A DNA stretch of 63,778 nt from an uncultured Candidatus Saccharibacteria bacterium (GTDB lineage Bacteria > Patescibacteriota > Minisyncoccia > Phycocordibacterales > UBA9973). The notes below the pieces were generated by a model that saw only the letters and a list, made by a program, of their open reading frames with translations, had not been told where the DNA came from and did not search any database. The DNA is taken from NCBI GenBank assembly GCA_964475655.1, contig CAYYXE010000002.1:1-63778 (forward strand), read 5' to 3'. This document shows positions 53,287-61,163 of this stretch, one piece after another. Numbering within the stretch: position 1 is the first letter of the stretch; each line of letters opens with the position of its first letter. The translations under genes and the position numbers were made by a program.

Positions 53287-54054
53287 TTACTTGTTGCCGT
53301 TTAGCCATAAATCATCGATATGGGTTTTTGCAGTGCTGTAAGCAGAACCTTCGACTTTACTAATACTCGATGCACGGTTTCCGAGCTCGGCAAAACTATG
53401 ACCCGAATGATAGATAGCATTTTCATCAACAACTATGTACCTGTCATGGGCGGTTATATTGTCATAATACTTCAACTCAATTTTATTGTTAGGATATTGT
53501 GCTGACAGAGCTTTTACATCAGTTGAAAAAGTACCGAAGAACTTATTGTTATTTTTTTGGGTCAGAAAGCAAAGTTCCATATTTGGGTTATCAATGATAT
53601 TTAATTCAATAACTTCCAAGATTTCAGGTCTCAAATAAGCATCCACAAGCAACAGCTTGGTTGTTGCTTGATTGAAAATAGACCGAAGTATTCTACGTCC
53701 CTCGAAAGGAGAGTTTTCAGTAATAAAAATATCTTTACGAGGGATATGGCTTCCCAGTGTATTTATAAGTTCGGCGGTTATATTCAAAAGGGGTTCAAGT
53801 GCTTTTCTTGCTGTACCTTCCTGTACAAAAAAGCCAGTTTTGGGCATATTAATCCATGTAGGAACTGCACGTTCAATTTTGAGCTGTTCCACCTCTCCAA
53901 AATTAGGTTTCAGTTCAATCAACCTCCTTTTGCTTTCTGAAACAACCTGATGTTCTCTTTCTGATTTTAGTAAACCCTCTTTTGCCAAATCCAAAGCCGT
54001 CTGAATACCTGTATGTATTTGGTTCAGCTCATTTAGTGTTTCTTCTGGGGTCAT
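53287..54054 (-). CDS. hypothetical protein with a C-terminal HxR-x4-D (degenerate HKD/PLD-like) motif
   Basis: 255 aa, AT-rich. N-terminal helical region and a C-terminal AHDRYIVVDENAIYHSGHSF segment. Confidence 0.45.
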   Translation of the reverse strand: MTPEETLNELNQIHTGIQTALDLAKEGLLKSEREHQVVSESKRRLIELKPNFGEVEQLKIERAVPTWINMPKTGFFVQEGTARKALEPLLNITAELINTLGSHIPRKDIFITENSPFEGRRILRSIFNQATTKLLLVDAYLRPEILEVIELNIIDNPNMELCFLTQKNNNKFFGTFSTDVKALSAQYPNNKIELKYYDNITAHDRYIVVDENAIYHSGHSFAELGNRASSISKVEGSAYSTAKTHIDDLWLNGNK

Positions 54055-54099
54055 ATAGGGAAATCATACTGGAAGTAATGCTAAGAGTGAAGAACCTTT

Positions 54100-54513
54100 A
54101 TGGAAAAATCCTATAGTAATGTAATGTATACTAATACTATGAAGACCTTATCCTCAAAAATAGGACTTTTCATCCTCATAAGTTATATCTGGATTGCCGT
54201 TTTTGGGCTCCTCCAACTCTCTCACATGTCCCATATGGGTCATGGAATGCACCCGTGCCCGTTCATGGTCGGACAACAATCGTTGTGTCCGATGGATACC
54301 GCTCATCACCTTAGCTCATGGCAAACCTTTTCGACCGCTGTATTTCCTGCTATTGAGCTTCTCGTTCTTGCAGTTCTTACTGTTGTAGTATTCAACGTAT
54401 CGTTATTTTCCCCGCCACGGTTTTCATATACAAAACAACGGCAACAGCGTATTCCTATTCCGTTATATCAGACACTTTTTTCAAGGGGTATTCTTAACCC
54501 AAAGGCACCATAA
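54100..54513 (+). CDS. membrane protein with a His/Met/Cys-rich loop, hypothetical (metal-related?)
   Basis: LSHMSHMGHGMHPCPFMVGQQSLCPMDTAHH lies between hydrophobic helices. Confidence 0.4.
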   Translation: MEKSYSNVMYTNTMKTLSSKIGLFILISYIWIAVFGLLQLSHMSHMGHGMHPCPFMVGQQSLCPMDTAHHLSSWQTFSTAVFPAIELLVLAVLTVVVFNVSLFSPPRFSYTKQRQQRIPIPLYQTLFSRGILNPKAP

Positions 54514-54554
54514 AAAACTTTAGCAAATTATTAACTTTAATTTATCTAATCTTT

Positions 54555-54959
54555 ATGGAAAACAAAAACAATGTTACAGGTATCGTTATTGTAGGAATAG
54601 TAGGCATTTTTATTGGTTGGCTTATTTGGGGACATGCAAAACCACAACAGGCGATGCAGACCATGCCTGGTATGGCACACATGATGCCAGACGGCACGAT
54701 GATGGGCGGAAATACCGATATGGCTTCGATGATGGCAAGCATGAATGCAGGACTCCAAGGAAAGACAGGGGACACCTTTGACCAAGAGTTCCTTGCAGAA
54801 ATGATTGTGCACCACCAAGGAGCAATTGATATGGCAAAGCTCGCACTAACCAATGCGAAACACCAAGAAATCAAAGACCTTGCACAAGCGATTATCTCTG
54901 CTCAAACAAAAGAGATAGGCGAAATGAAGCAATGGCAAAAGAATTGGTATAACCAATAG
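54555..54959 (+). CDS. DUF305-family protein with a Met-rich N-terminal region
   Basis: DQEFLAEMIVHHQGAIDMAKLAL...HQEIKDLAQAIISAQTKEIGEMKQW, preceded by MQTMPGMAHMMPDGTMMGGNTDMASMMASM. Confidence 0.8.
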   Translation: MENKNNVTGIVIVGIVGIFIGWLIWGHAKPQQAMQTMPGMAHMMPDGTMMGGNTDMASMMASMNAGLQGKTGDTFDQEFLAEMIVHHQGAIDMAKLALTNAKHQEIKDLAQAIISAQTKEIGEMKQWQKNWYNQ

Positions 54960-54967
54960 ATAGAAAC

Positions 54968-54993
54968 AAAAAGCACCCGAAAGGGTGCTTTTT
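54968..54993. terminator. bidirectional intrinsic terminator
   Basis: aaaaagcaccc gaaa gggtgcttttt. Confidence 0.7.
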
Positions 54994-54994
54994 G

Positions 54995-55180
54995 TTAATG
55001 CTTTGGATGCCGCTCAAGGAAATCCGCAATCATTGCTTTTTGTTTCTCAATAAAATCTGGTTGACCATGTTCTTCAAGGTATTTTCGTAAGAAACCAACT
55101 TCTGCTCGAAGTGCCATAAGTATTCCTTTGTCTTCACCAAAACGTTCAATAAGTTCTTTTACGAAATCTTGATATGTCAT
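54995..55180 (-). CDS. small hypothetical protein
   Basis: 61-aa helical ORF downstream of the 55203..55634 gene. Confidence 0.35.
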   Translation of the reverse strand: MTYQDFVKELIERFGEDKGILMALRAEVGFLRKYLEEHGQPDFIEKQKAMIADFLERHPKH

Positions 55181-55202
55181 TTGAGGATTTTACCACGGGG
55201 CA

Positions 55203-55634
55203 CTAATTGTAGTCCTCAACACTCATAGTAAAGCTGCCCATTGTGTTTGCTTCGATATAGTACTCACCACTGCCGTAGGCAACGGTCTCATCTTTGGTAG
55301 ACCCCGCAGTATTCATGATGACAGTTGGGATTTTGCTATCGAGTTTGTACATATACGCCTGACACATATCACCCTTACAATCGTATTTAATCTTGAACCT
55401 GTCGCCAGTAACAGTAAATGGTTCTGATTTTTTGATACCGTTCCCAGAAAAACTAAATACTTGGTGGTAGGTTTTTGTTGTCGAAGTTTGTACCACTGGT
55501 TCCTTCGAAGTTGTACTTGATGTAGTAGATGTTTTACTACTGCCCATGTTACTGATAATCAAAAGCAATACGATGATGATACCTGTAATGCCGTACCATC
55601 TTTTGTACCAAGGTTTCTTTATTGTTTCATTCAT
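55203..55634 (-). CDS. membrane-anchored or secreted small beta-rich protein, hypothetical
   Basis: 143 aa with an N-terminal TM (GITGIIIVLLLIISNM) and a Ser/Thr linker. Confidence 0.5.
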   Translation of the reverse strand: MNETIKKPWYKRWYGITGIIIVLLLIISNMGSSKTSTTSSTTSKEPVVQTSTTKTYHQVFSFSGNGIKKSEPFTVTGDRFKIKYDCKGDMCQAYMYKLDSKIPTVIMNTAGSTKDETVAYGSGEYYIEANTMGSFTMSVEDYN

Positions 55635-55790
55635 AAATCTCTTGCTGTTTTAATCCCTCGCATAGGCATACAAAAAGCCCTTAGCCAGGCGGTAACCACG
55701 GAAGTGGCACCCATACCCGTTTCCAGGTACGACAGCAAGAGTGACCCTGACTAAGGGTTCTTTATACTCTTGCTGATTTTCGACCATATC
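55635..55790 (-). promoter_or_regulatory. candidate switch-like 5' leader of the 55203..55634 gene
   Basis: On the minus strand CAGCAAGAG occurs twice (plus coordinates 55767..55775 and 55639..55647, the latter 5-13 nt before the ATG). Its complement CTCTTGCTG (55733..55741) lies between them. A second alternative pair is CCCTTAG / CTAAGGG. Confidence 0.3.
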
Positions 55791-55903
55791 CAGGGGTTGC
55801 CCAATGGGGTTAGGTCTCTAATAAATTGTTTCGAAATCGAGCCAAATGGCTTGAAGTAAGTATATTGTTTTATGAGGTAATGTAAAGTAAAGTAAAGCGA
55901 TAT

Positions 55904-56698
55904 ATGCGAACGGAAACAGGCAAAATCAAGGATGTGCTTGAAAGGAAAGTGGAGCTAGTGCGAGATAGTCGGCACCACAAAATGTACTACCAAGCTGTAA
56001 TGGACTATCACGAGTATATTTGCAGCTCCAAGGAGCTAACCCCAATTTTGAAAAAACTGATTGATAGTGACAAAATATCGCCAGTGTATTTGAGAGACAT
56101 CTTCAGTGATTTTTTGATTATCCAGGATTTGAAATATGATGTACCGACTGTCCATCACTATCCCAATTTTTATACACCCGAGATTGAAGCAAAGTATAAG
56201 CTAATGAAGCATCTAGCAGAGCTTGCTAAGAGTGAATATGATGAAATCAATACTCCAAATAAACTATTTTTTGACCCAAATACACCAGTCATTAAAACGC
56301 AGAGAGATGAGGAGTATTTTTACACACAGAAACTGCATAACGACATTATTGAGTTACTCAATGAGCCAGGCGATACAGACGATGTGTCACAGCCTGTATT
56401 TGACGACCGTACCTGTACACTCCATTTTCAAAACGAAGCTATAGTCATATCTAAGAAGCAAGAAAGCGACCCGCATAAGCTCATGAGGACAATTTTCAAA
56501 GATACAAGTAAGGTTTGGGCAAACGATGAAATACTCGAGGATTGGGGCTATGATTTTGGTGAAGAAGTATCAGAAGGCAAGATATATCAAGCAGGTAAGG
56601 CTGCAAATGAAAAGATTGCCCAGAGTACAACAATCAAGGATTTCTTGGACGTTACCACCAAATCGGTAGCCATAAACAAGAAGTATCTCGCTATGTAA
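55904..56698 (+). CDS. hypothetical protein (element-borne)
   Basis: 264-aa ORF with no family recognised, followed by a 9-bp-arm palindrome (56702..56721) and a terminator. Confidence 0.5.
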   Translation: MRTETGKIKDVLERKVELVRDSRHHKMYYQAVMDYHEYICSSKELTPILKKLIDSDKISPVYLRDIFSDFLIIQDLKYDVPTVHHYPNFYTPEIEAKYKLMKHLAELAKSEYDEINTPNKLFFDPNTPVIKTQRDEEYFYTQKLHNDIIELLNEPGDTDDVSQPVFDDRTCTLHFQNEAIVISKKQESDPHKLMRTIFKDTSKVWANDEILEDWGYDFGEEVSEGKIYQAGKAANEKIAQSTTIKDFLDVTTKSVAINKKYLAM

Positions 56699-56744
56699 AA
56701 AGTTTACAAACTTTTGTAAACCAACAATTCATTACCCTGAAGGG

Positions 56745-56763
56745 AACCCCTTCGGGGGTTTTT
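56745..56763 (+). terminator. rho-independent terminator
   Basis: aacccc ttcg ggggtt followed by TTT. Confidence 0.6.
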
Positions 56764-56940
56764 ATGTCTGAAGGTATTCCTCAAAAAGAAATACTGGATT
56801 GGTCGATACAAGACCTATCTGAAACAGAGCGGAATAACCTGCTCGGGTTTTTCGCGTTGCTTGTCAAAATTGATAAACGACTAAATCCTCATCTCTATGC
56901 TCGACACAGTAATCCTGACAATACCGAGGGGGTCGTATAA
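56764..56940 (+). CDS. possible small ORF (58 aa), hypothetical
   Basis: ATG directly after the terminator. It overlaps the Rep gene start in another frame and is absent from the ORF track (<60 aa). Confidence 0.2.
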   Translation: MSEGIPQKEILDWSIQDLSETERNNLLGFFALLVKIDKRLNPHLYARHSNPDNTEGVV

Positions 56941-58015
56941 GCTCAAAACTGATGCGTTTACCCCAAATGCCAACATACTCAAGATGTCAGGTAACTATCT
57001 TTTGAAGTGCGTAAATAACCCAACTAGTGCAGACAAGAAAGATGGCAACTATCGCCCTCGATTGACCCTGATGAAAAGGATGACAAGAAAAGGTGATGAA
57101 ATACCGCTCAAAATAGAGTTCTCTGTTGCAAAAATGCTGCATGGAAATAATGTCGATGAGGTTGAAGAAGATGACTTCCATAAAGTGGTCATAGCACTTC
57201 ATGAAGCGATGATTGAAATGAGTGTGTATGTATCGACTGAAGATTTACAAAATGCATCAGTATCAGCGTTTCATCCATCCAAAAACATCGAGCTTGCGAA
57301 TGGTTATACCTCAAGTTTCGTTATTACCGAGTTACATAAGATTGATGTCAGTAAAAAGATGGACTTGAACCGCGACAGTTTCAGAAACAATGGACACTCG
57401 CTTCAGTTCTATACCAACTCGCACTCGTTGGTTGTGTACGACAAAGTGCAAGACCTGAAAAAGCCAGAGAAGCGCGCAATGGATAAAGACCAAAACCCGC
57501 TTCAGTTATCTCTCTTTGAGACGCTTACCAAAAAAGAAAAGAAAGAAATACTTCGCATTGAAGCTCGGCTTCCAAAGAAGGTAAAAATGAATGCGGTTTT
57601 GAAGAAATTGAAGTTCCCAGAAAATCCAACCTTCAAACAAATCTTCAACAAGGAGCTCTGTCAAAAAGTGCTTCTCGACTATTGGGACGAACTCATATCA
57701 GGTAAAAATCATTTTTTGTTCGATATGGAAAGTAGCCCAACAAAGACGCTTGAAGCAATCTTCAAGGACAACCCTCATATAAGCCCAAAAGAGGCACTGT
57801 ATCTCGTAGGACTACGAGTGATGAGTAAAGAGGGTATACGGACAACAAGAGCGATTGTAGAGCGATATGCAACCACTCGTACCTGGTATCGGATGAAAGA
57901 GGATTTGAAGCTCTTGGACAAGATTTCTGGAAAGACAACCCATGAATGGGTACAACAGATAAAAGACGAACTGGAAAGATTTACGACTTATAAATTAATA
58001 AATACAAAAACATGA
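56897..58015 (+). CDS. rolling-circle-type replication initiation protein (phage gene II/X - CRI / Rep_trans-like)
   Basis: N-terminus MLDTVILTIP resembles the MIDWLTL.IP starts of this family. Internal ...HSLVVYDKVQDLKK resembles the conserved (r)vYdK..e motif. Confidence 0.55.
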   Translation: MLDTVILTIPRGSYKLKTDAFTPNANILKMSGNYLLKCVNNPTSADKKDGNYRPRLTLMKRMTRKGDEIPLKIEFSVAKMLHGNNVDEVEEDDFHKVVIALHEAMIEMSVYVSTEDLQNASVSAFHPSKNIELANGYTSSFVITELHKIDVSKKMDLNRDSFRNNGHSLQFYTNSHSLVVYDKVQDLKKPEKRAMDKDQNPLQLSLFETLTKKEKKEILRIEARLPKKVKMNAVLKKLKFPENPTFKQIFNKELCQKVLLDYWDELISGKNHFLFDMESSPTKTLEAIFKDNPHISPKEALYLVGLRVMSKEGIRTTRAIVERYATTRTWYRMKEDLKLLDKISGKTTHEWVQQIKDELERFTTYKLINTKT

Positions 58016-58158
58016 ACACTAAACAAGAAAAGGAAATTATGAAGGATATGGAAAAGGTCTTCCAAAAGATGTACCAATTTCAGCTTTCTGAAAACGTTAG
58101 AAGAGCCATGAAAATTAAAAAAGAAAGGTCGTTGCATGTAAAGAAAAGTAAAGTATAA
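58012..58158 (+). CDS. possible small basic ORF (48 aa)
   Basis: ATGA overlap with the Rep stop codon. Lys-rich and absent from the ORF track. Confidence 0.2.
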   Translation: MNTKQEKEIMKDMEKVFQKMYQFQLSENVRRAMKIKKERSLHVKKSKV

Positions 58159-58165
58159 TAAATAT

Positions 58166-58339
58166 ATGGAAAAGGACTTCTACACAGCTAAGGATTTAGC
58201 CGATAAACTTGGTCTTAATATCATGACTATTTATCGCTATATTGATGCAAAAAAGCTCAAAGCATACAAAATCGGTAAAGAATACCGCATAGCAAAGTCG
58301 GATTTTGATGCATTCTTGAAAAAGGTAAGCACTAAGTAA
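58166..58339 (+). CDS. excisionase-family helix-turn-helix DNA-binding protein
   Basis: 57 aa. YTAKDLADKLGLNIMTIYRYIDAKKLKAYKIGKEYRIAKSDFDAFL matches the excisionase/MerR-type HTH pattern. Lies directly upstream of the recombinase. Confidence 0.65.
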   Translation: MEKDFYTAKDLADKLGLNIMTIYRYIDAKKLKAYKIGKEYRIAKSDFDAFLKKVSTK

Positions 58340-58343
58340 CACT

Positions 58344-59816
58344 ATGAAAGCAATCATTCTAGCCCGAGAAAGTGATAAAAATCAGGACAGTAATGATGCC
58401 CAACTTTCCCGCATTCTTGAGTATGTCCGAGCAAAAGAGCTTGAAGAATGGAAAGTCATCAAGCTCAAGGAAAGTTCAACAAAGGGCTATCGAACAAAGT
58501 TTCAAGAGATTATTGAAATAATCAGAGCTTCAAAAGAAACTGTCGCAATAGTGGTCGATACAGTCGACCGACTACAGAGAGGTTTCAAAGAAAGCGTTGT
58601 TTTTGATGAACTACGAAGAGAAGGAAAGGTAGAGCTTCATTTTTACCGAGAAAACCTTGTCATCAACAAGAAATCAAACAGTGCTGACATTATACGTTGG
58701 GATATGGGCGTAATGTTTGCAAAGAGCTATGTCCTACAACTAAGCGACAACCTCAAACGAAAGCATGACAAGATGCGAGAGGATGGGGAACTCATTACGG
58801 CACCACCTATCGGCTACAAGAGTATTTACAACGACAATCCATTACGGATAAGAAGAATTGATGTAGTCCCTGATGAAAAGGCGCATTTCATCGTAAAGAT
58901 TTATGAAGAGTATGCGAAAGGCGATGTATCAGTCGCTACACTTGCAGACCGAATGTACGACATGGGTTTCAGAAGCAAGGCAAACGGCAAAGTAAATCAC
59001 GCAATGATTTATAAAATCCTGAACGATAGCTTCTATTATGGTTACGCATACTCACGAAATCATGACTTGCGGTATCGCCATAAGTACAAAGCAATAATCT
59101 CAAAAGAACTGTTTGATAGATGCCAAGAGGTAATGGCTCGACACAACAAAGTACCGACAAAATACGCTGCTAAACCTTTTATGTTCAGAGGTTTGATTGT
59201 ATGTGCTAAGTGCGGAGGTGTTGTAGGTGGTCAGCTCAAGAAAGGAAAGTATGCCTATTACAGTTGTTCTGGGTATAAGGACTGCAAAAGAGAGTATGTG
59301 CCCGAAGCGGAGCTTTTGAAACAGGTCTACAAGAAACTTGATGGTTTCAACATGTCGGACAAAGTGATACAGGAAATCACGGACGGCTTGAAAGGCATTG
59401 CCGAAAGTGAAAGTAATTTTTATCGGAAAAATATCAGCGTGCTCAAGATTGAACACGACAAATACCAAGAACGTATCAAAAAGATGTACGAGGACAGACT
59501 TGATGGACGTATTACGCCTGAAATGTATGACAAGTATTTGCGAGAGTATAAGGAAAAACAAGCCGAAATACTGAGTCAAATGCAAGACCATTCTGATGCA
59601 GACGAACAGTTCTATCTCACTGCAAATATAACGCTACGTATAGCTAAACAGGCAAAAGAAGTGTTTACCAGTTCTGAACCAGCAGAAAAAAGGCAACTTC
59701 TTGGTTTCCTACTTCAGAACTGTAGCTTAGACGGAAAAAAGCTAGATATTACAATGCGTTCTCCATTCAATCTGGTACTTAATTGTCCAGATGATATTAC
59801 TGTGCGGAGGCGGTGA
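58344..59816 (+). CDS. large serine recombinase
   Basis: Resolvase catalytic domain (AIILARESDKNQD with Ser10, VDTVDRLQR). Recombinase domain (PPIGY, IYKILNDSFYYGY). Zn-ribbon (CAKCGG...YYSCSGYKDC). Long coiled coil. Confidence 0.9.
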   Translation: MKAIILARESDKNQDSNDAQLSRILEYVRAKELEEWKVIKLKESSTKGYRTKFQEIIEIIRASKETVAIVVDTVDRLQRGFKESVVFDELRREGKVELHFYRENLVINKKSNSADIIRWDMGVMFAKSYVLQLSDNLKRKHDKMREDGELITAPPIGYKSIYNDNPLRIRRIDVVPDEKAHFIVKIYEEYAKGDVSVATLADRMYDMGFRSKANGKVNHAMIYKILNDSFYYGYAYSRNHDLRYRHKYKAIISKELFDRCQEVMARHNKVPTKYAAKPFMFRGLIVCAKCGGVVGGQLKKGKYAYYSCSGYKDCKREYVPEAELLKQVYKKLDGFNMSDKVIQEITDGLKGIAESESNFYRKNISVLKIEHDKYQERIKKMYEDRLDGRITPEMYDKYLREYKEKQAEILSQMQDHSDADEQFYLTANITLRIAKQAKEVFTSSEPAEKRQLLGFLLQNCSLDGKKLDITMRSPFNLVLNCPDDITVRRR

Positions 59817-59892
59817 GATTCGAACTCACGGTCCCATTACTGAGACTCTTGTTTTCAAGACAAGTGCAATAGACCAACTCTGCCACACCTCC
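59805..59892 (-). tRNA. tRNA-Ser (anticodon UGA), long variable arm
   Basis: Acceptor GGAGGTG/CGCCTCC (one G-U), anticodon stem CTTGT/ACAAG with loop CTTGAAA, long variable arm, T arm GTGAG TTCGAAT CTCAC. The 3' end overlaps the last 12 nt of the recombinase ORF. Confidence 0.85.
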
Positions 59893-59905
59893 TAGTTTAT
59901 ATATT

Positions 59906-60361
59906 TTATTTAATAAAATGTTCTTCGCAATGACAATTGGGACAAATAAGTTCAAGATTGCCTAGGTCGTTGTCATTACGATCCCTATTTTTGTGATGAA
60001 TCTGCAATATTTCGTATCGCTCATATCCACACCGCTCGCACACATTTCCTCGTTCTTGAAGCAATCTGGCTTTAAGGGCACGACCAGATTTTACCTTATC
60101 ATTTGGACTACCAATGCCATAGGTAATACCGGCGCGGTTTATATTAGCACAATGTCTGCTACATGTCTTCTTGTGAAGACCTGCAAGTATCGGAGTGCCA
60201 CAGATGATACAGGGGACCTCTTTGCGCTGAGAAGTAGCTGAACAAGTGAGACTACAAAACACCTGTCCTTGATTGCGTGCGATCTGGCTGGGTCGTCGAT
60301 AGACAGGTTTTGAACAGACAGCACAATTGGTATTGGGATTTCTCAAATACTTCTCAGGCAC
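59906..60361 (-). CDS. free-standing HNH endonuclease with N-terminal Cys-rich (Zn-finger-like) repeats
   Basis: CERCGY...HHKNRDRNDNDLGNLELICPNCH, plus three upstream CxxC-type clusters. Confidence 0.85.
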   Translation of the reverse strand: MPEKYLRNPNTNCAVCSKPVYRRPSQIARNQGQVFCSLTCSATSQRKEVPCIICGTPILAGLHKKTCSRHCANINRAGITYGIGSPNDKVKSGRALKARLLQERGNVCERCGYERYEILQIHHKNRDRNDNDLGNLELICPNCHCEEHFIK

Positions 60362-60402
60362 TCATCCGGTATACCACAAAGATCTGTGATATTATGCACC
60401 CT

Positions 60403-60783
60403 ATGAAATATCTCGGGATAGACTACGGCACCAAGCGGGTGGGGATTGCGATCTCGGACGAGGCGGGGGAGTTTGCATTTCCCAAGGCAATTTTTCCTTC
60501 CCCAGAAGCCATCGAAGGGATAGTCGCGCTTTGCAAGGAAGAAGGCGTGGGTGCGATCGTGATCGGAGAGTCTATAGCAAGCAATGAAGTGAGCAACGAC
60601 CTCATGCCAATGGTCAATGCGTTCAAAGCAAAACTCACACTAGCTACAGAGCTTCCGATATTTTTTGAGCGAGAAGGGTTTTCGACTGTCGAAGCACATC
60701 GCTATCAGACGAGTGCGGGGAGTCGTGACGATAGTGCAGCAGCGATCATCCTCCAGCGCTTTCTTGATAAAAAGAAAAAATAG
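60403..60783 (+). CDS. ruvX: YqgF/RuvX putative pre-16S rRNA nuclease / Holliday junction resolvase-like protein
   Basis: MKYLGIDYGTKRVGIAISD... with an RNase H-like fold pattern. Confidence 0.85.
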   Translation: MKYLGIDYGTKRVGIAISDEAGEFAFPKAIFPSPEAIEGIVALCKEEGVGAIVIGESIASNEVSNDLMPMVNAFKAKLTLATELPIFFEREGFSTVEAHRYQTSAGSRDDSAAAIILQRFLDKKKK

Positions 60784-60798
60784 TATATCTTCATATCT

Positions 60799-61131
60799 AT
60801 GGAACACATCTCAATCGATGAATTTAAAAAGGTAGAGGCGCGCATCGGGAAGGTGCTTGCGGCTGAGGCAGTGGAAGGGTCTGAAAAGTTGATCAAGCTA
60901 ACATTGGACTTTGGAGAAGAAACACCTCGACAAATTCTTTCGGGGATCAAGCAGTGGTATACGCCCGAGTCTCTTGTCGGCAAACAACTTCTCTTTGTCA
61001 CCAATCTCGCACCGCGCAGCATGATGGGTCTTGAATCGCAAGGTATGCTCATGGCGGTAGATGGTGCTGATGGACAACCAGTGTTTGTGGTCCCCGAAAC
61101 AGCAGTACCAAACGGTTCGAAAGTCAGATAA
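60799..61131 (+). CDS. tRNA-binding domain protein (CsaA/Trbp111/EMAP-like OB fold)
   Basis: FKKVEARIGKVLAAE...KLIKLTLDFGEE...QILSGIKQWY...LVGKQLLFVTNLAPRSMMG.ESQGMLMA. Confidence 0.8.
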   Translation: MEHISIDEFKKVEARIGKVLAAEAVEGSEKLIKLTLDFGEETPRQILSGIKQWYTPESLVGKQLLFVTNLAPRSMMGLESQGMLMAVDGADGQPVFVVPETAVPNGSKVR

Positions 61132-61163
61132 TACTTTATACATATACACTTGTATCGTATACT

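Larger units (their letters stand above)
55904..59816 (+). mobile_element. integrated plasmid/phage-like element (Rep + excisionase-type HTH + large serine recombinase); boundaries not resolved
   Basis: Six co-directional, AT-richer ORFs ending in a serine recombinase gene that abuts and overlaps tRNA-Ser. Confidence 0.55.

Noticed and set aside
55640-55800. Possible ZTP (pfl) riboswitch, because the minus strand contains GGGTCAC... and ACCGCCTGGC, resembling GGGUCGUGAC / CCGCCUGGGC
   Set aside because: Only short partial matches were seen. The expected P1/P2 pairing and the GGGGAGC segment were not found, and the downstream gene is not a purine or folate gene. It is kept only as an unclassified leader.
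55882-55897. GTAAA x3 tandem repeat just upstream of the first element ORF
   Set aside because: It is very short and AT-rich, so it could be chance or part of a promoter or RBS region. It is not reported as an iteron set.
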